A stretch of DNA of 64,000 nt, taken from Gemmatimonadales bacterium (GTDB taxonomy: Bacteria; Gemmatimonadota; Gemmatimonadetes; Gemmatimonadales; GWC2-71-9). Under the pieces are notes generated by a model that did no database searches, was not told the DNA's origin, and saw nothing but the letters and a program-made list of their open reading frames with translations. Shown here piece by piece: positions 60,767 through 64,000 of this stretch (position 1 is the stretch's first letter; every line of letters starts with the position of its first letter). Position numbers and translations under genes: made by a program. The DNA lies in NCBI GenBank assembly GCA_035309945.1, contig DATGEQ010000106.1:143503-207502 (forward strand), given 5' to 3'.

Positions 60767-62024
60767 GGGGGCGTGCGTCGTACGTCGTGCGTCGTGTCCG
60801 CTCCGGCCCGTCGTGGCGCGCGGTGTGTCGTGTCAGCCACTACCGGCTTCGGCGATGTGAACCCCACCTGTCCATCGCCCTTCTTGCCGAGCAGGCTCGT
60901 CGCGCCTTGCACGCGCACGACGTAGCGCGCTTCCGGCTTGAGCGGATTGACCATGTGAACGACGAAGCGATCGGTGGGCACCGGCCGGCGCGCGAGCAGT
61001 TGCTTGACCAACACCGTATCCACGAGTTGCCGGGGCGGTTTTGCTCCGCGTCCGCGGGCCGCTGGTGCTGGCGGCGGGGGTGGCGGAGCCCGGCGCGCTG
61101 CGCTCGTATCCTTTTTCGCCGCGGCCGACTCGGCTTGCTGCCGGGCCTGAGTGGTGAGCGAGTCGAACTGGCGCTGCGTGAGAACCTGGGCCACCGGAAG
61201 CGGCGTCGAGTCCGGCAGCGTGAGCACGTGCACGTGGGTCGTGTCGAGTGCGGCGGTCGGGTCGAGGGCCTGATTGAACTCGACGCGCACCGTCATCGTG
61301 TCGACAAACGTCGCGGCGCGCGGGCGGGGCGGGTTGGTGTCGTGCGGGAACGTGTACAGCGCGACGTTGCAGCTCGAGTCGAGCGTGACGAGCGCCGAGT
61401 CGTACGCCTCGCGCGGGCTGCGGCGGCGATCGCCGTTGTCGTCCGACGTGGCATACACGATGTACCGTCCCGGCACGAGGTTGGTGAGATTGAACTGGCC
61501 GCCGGAATCGGCGTAGGTCAAGTAACCGATCGTGTCGGGCAGCGGCACCGCCTCGATCAACGCGTGCAGCAGGATCGTCTGATCGATCCACTTGAGCGCG
61601 ATCCCGCCGATCCGCGCGTGCCCGATCTCCGGTCCCGTCGTGAACAGCACGGTCTTGCTCGAATCGTTGCGGTTGCGCCGCAGATCGACAAAGCCCGGCA
61701 GGATCTGGAGCCGGTAGACCCGCTTCTTCCAGCCTTCTTTGGGCTTCACATTGATGTGCGTGCGGTGCCAGCTCACCTTGACGGGTCCCGCGACCGGCGA
61801 GAGCAGCACCTGCCGCGAGAGTTGGGTGCCGCCGCCGGCTCCGGCCGAGTTCGCCATCTCGTCGACGACTTCGTCGAACTGAATGACGAGGTCGCCGTCG
61901 AAGTTGGGCACGACGGCGCCCGATTCCGGCTTCACCGAGAGGATTTCGGGAGGATCCTTGTCCGGCGGCCCGCCGGGCGGCGTGCCGACGCTCGCGCACG
62001 CCGCAACGACTGCGGCGGCCGCGC

Positions 62025-64000
<1,976 letters not shown>

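Overview
High-GC bacterial chromosomal window (about two-thirds G+C by eye, not computed). The gene content loosely resembles Gemmatimonadota-like genomes, but this is a weak inference. I can support about 65 CDS and 2 tRNA-Ser genes. I found no rRNA, CRISPR array or IS transposase. Many long ORFs in the track are antisense shadow ORFs typical of high-GC DNA, and I ignored them.

Layout:
- 1-20.8 kb: housekeeping and envelope genes. These include mce and trxA, then a chain of translationally coupled genes running rsmI, DUF4159, a 1090-aa coiled-coil membrane protein, a TPR protein, a Tat-signal protein and a JAMM(RadC-like)-DinG fusion helicase. They are followed by an aminotransferase, an internally deleted M20 peptidase remnant and an amidohydrolase. 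On the minus strand, co-directional behind gltX, lies a lower-GC cluster of an outer-membrane-barrel/cupredoxin fusion, a cupredoxin and a CHRD lipoprotein. Last in this stretch is a beta-barrel protein with an N-terminal CxxCH motif.
- 20.9-36.75 kb: a phage-like element of about 15.8 kb at tRNA-Ser(GCU). It is bounded by perfect 40-bp direct repeats that correspond to the 5' half of the tRNA. It carries a tyrosine integrase, an Xis/AlpA-like HTH, a SWIM/DnaB-N/RepA-type ATPase beside a GTCTCAC iteron array, and TerS-like plus TerL genes. It also has a tail-chaperone pair with a T_TTT_TTC -1 frameshift site, a tape-measure-like gene, and an unannotatable lower-GC cassette next to int. No portal, capsid, tail-tube or lysis gene is recognisable.
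- 36.8-64 kb: two GT4 glycosyltransferases, a truncated TonB-receptor-like remnant, MscS, a PfpI/DJ-1 protein and a CarboxypepD_reg protein with two plug-like domains and no barrel. Then come a CDP-alcohol phosphatidyltransferase, tRNA-Ser(UGA), an RND/TolC/MFP efflux operon and two tandem DUF2723 paralogs. The window ends with purH, purN, a 4x PPC-repeat protein, gmhB, selA, an Ig-like lipoprotein and valS (partial).

The most interesting items are the head-less tRNA-5'-half-targeting element, the outer-membrane cupredoxin cluster and the JAMM-DinG fusion. I cannot verify novelty without database searches.
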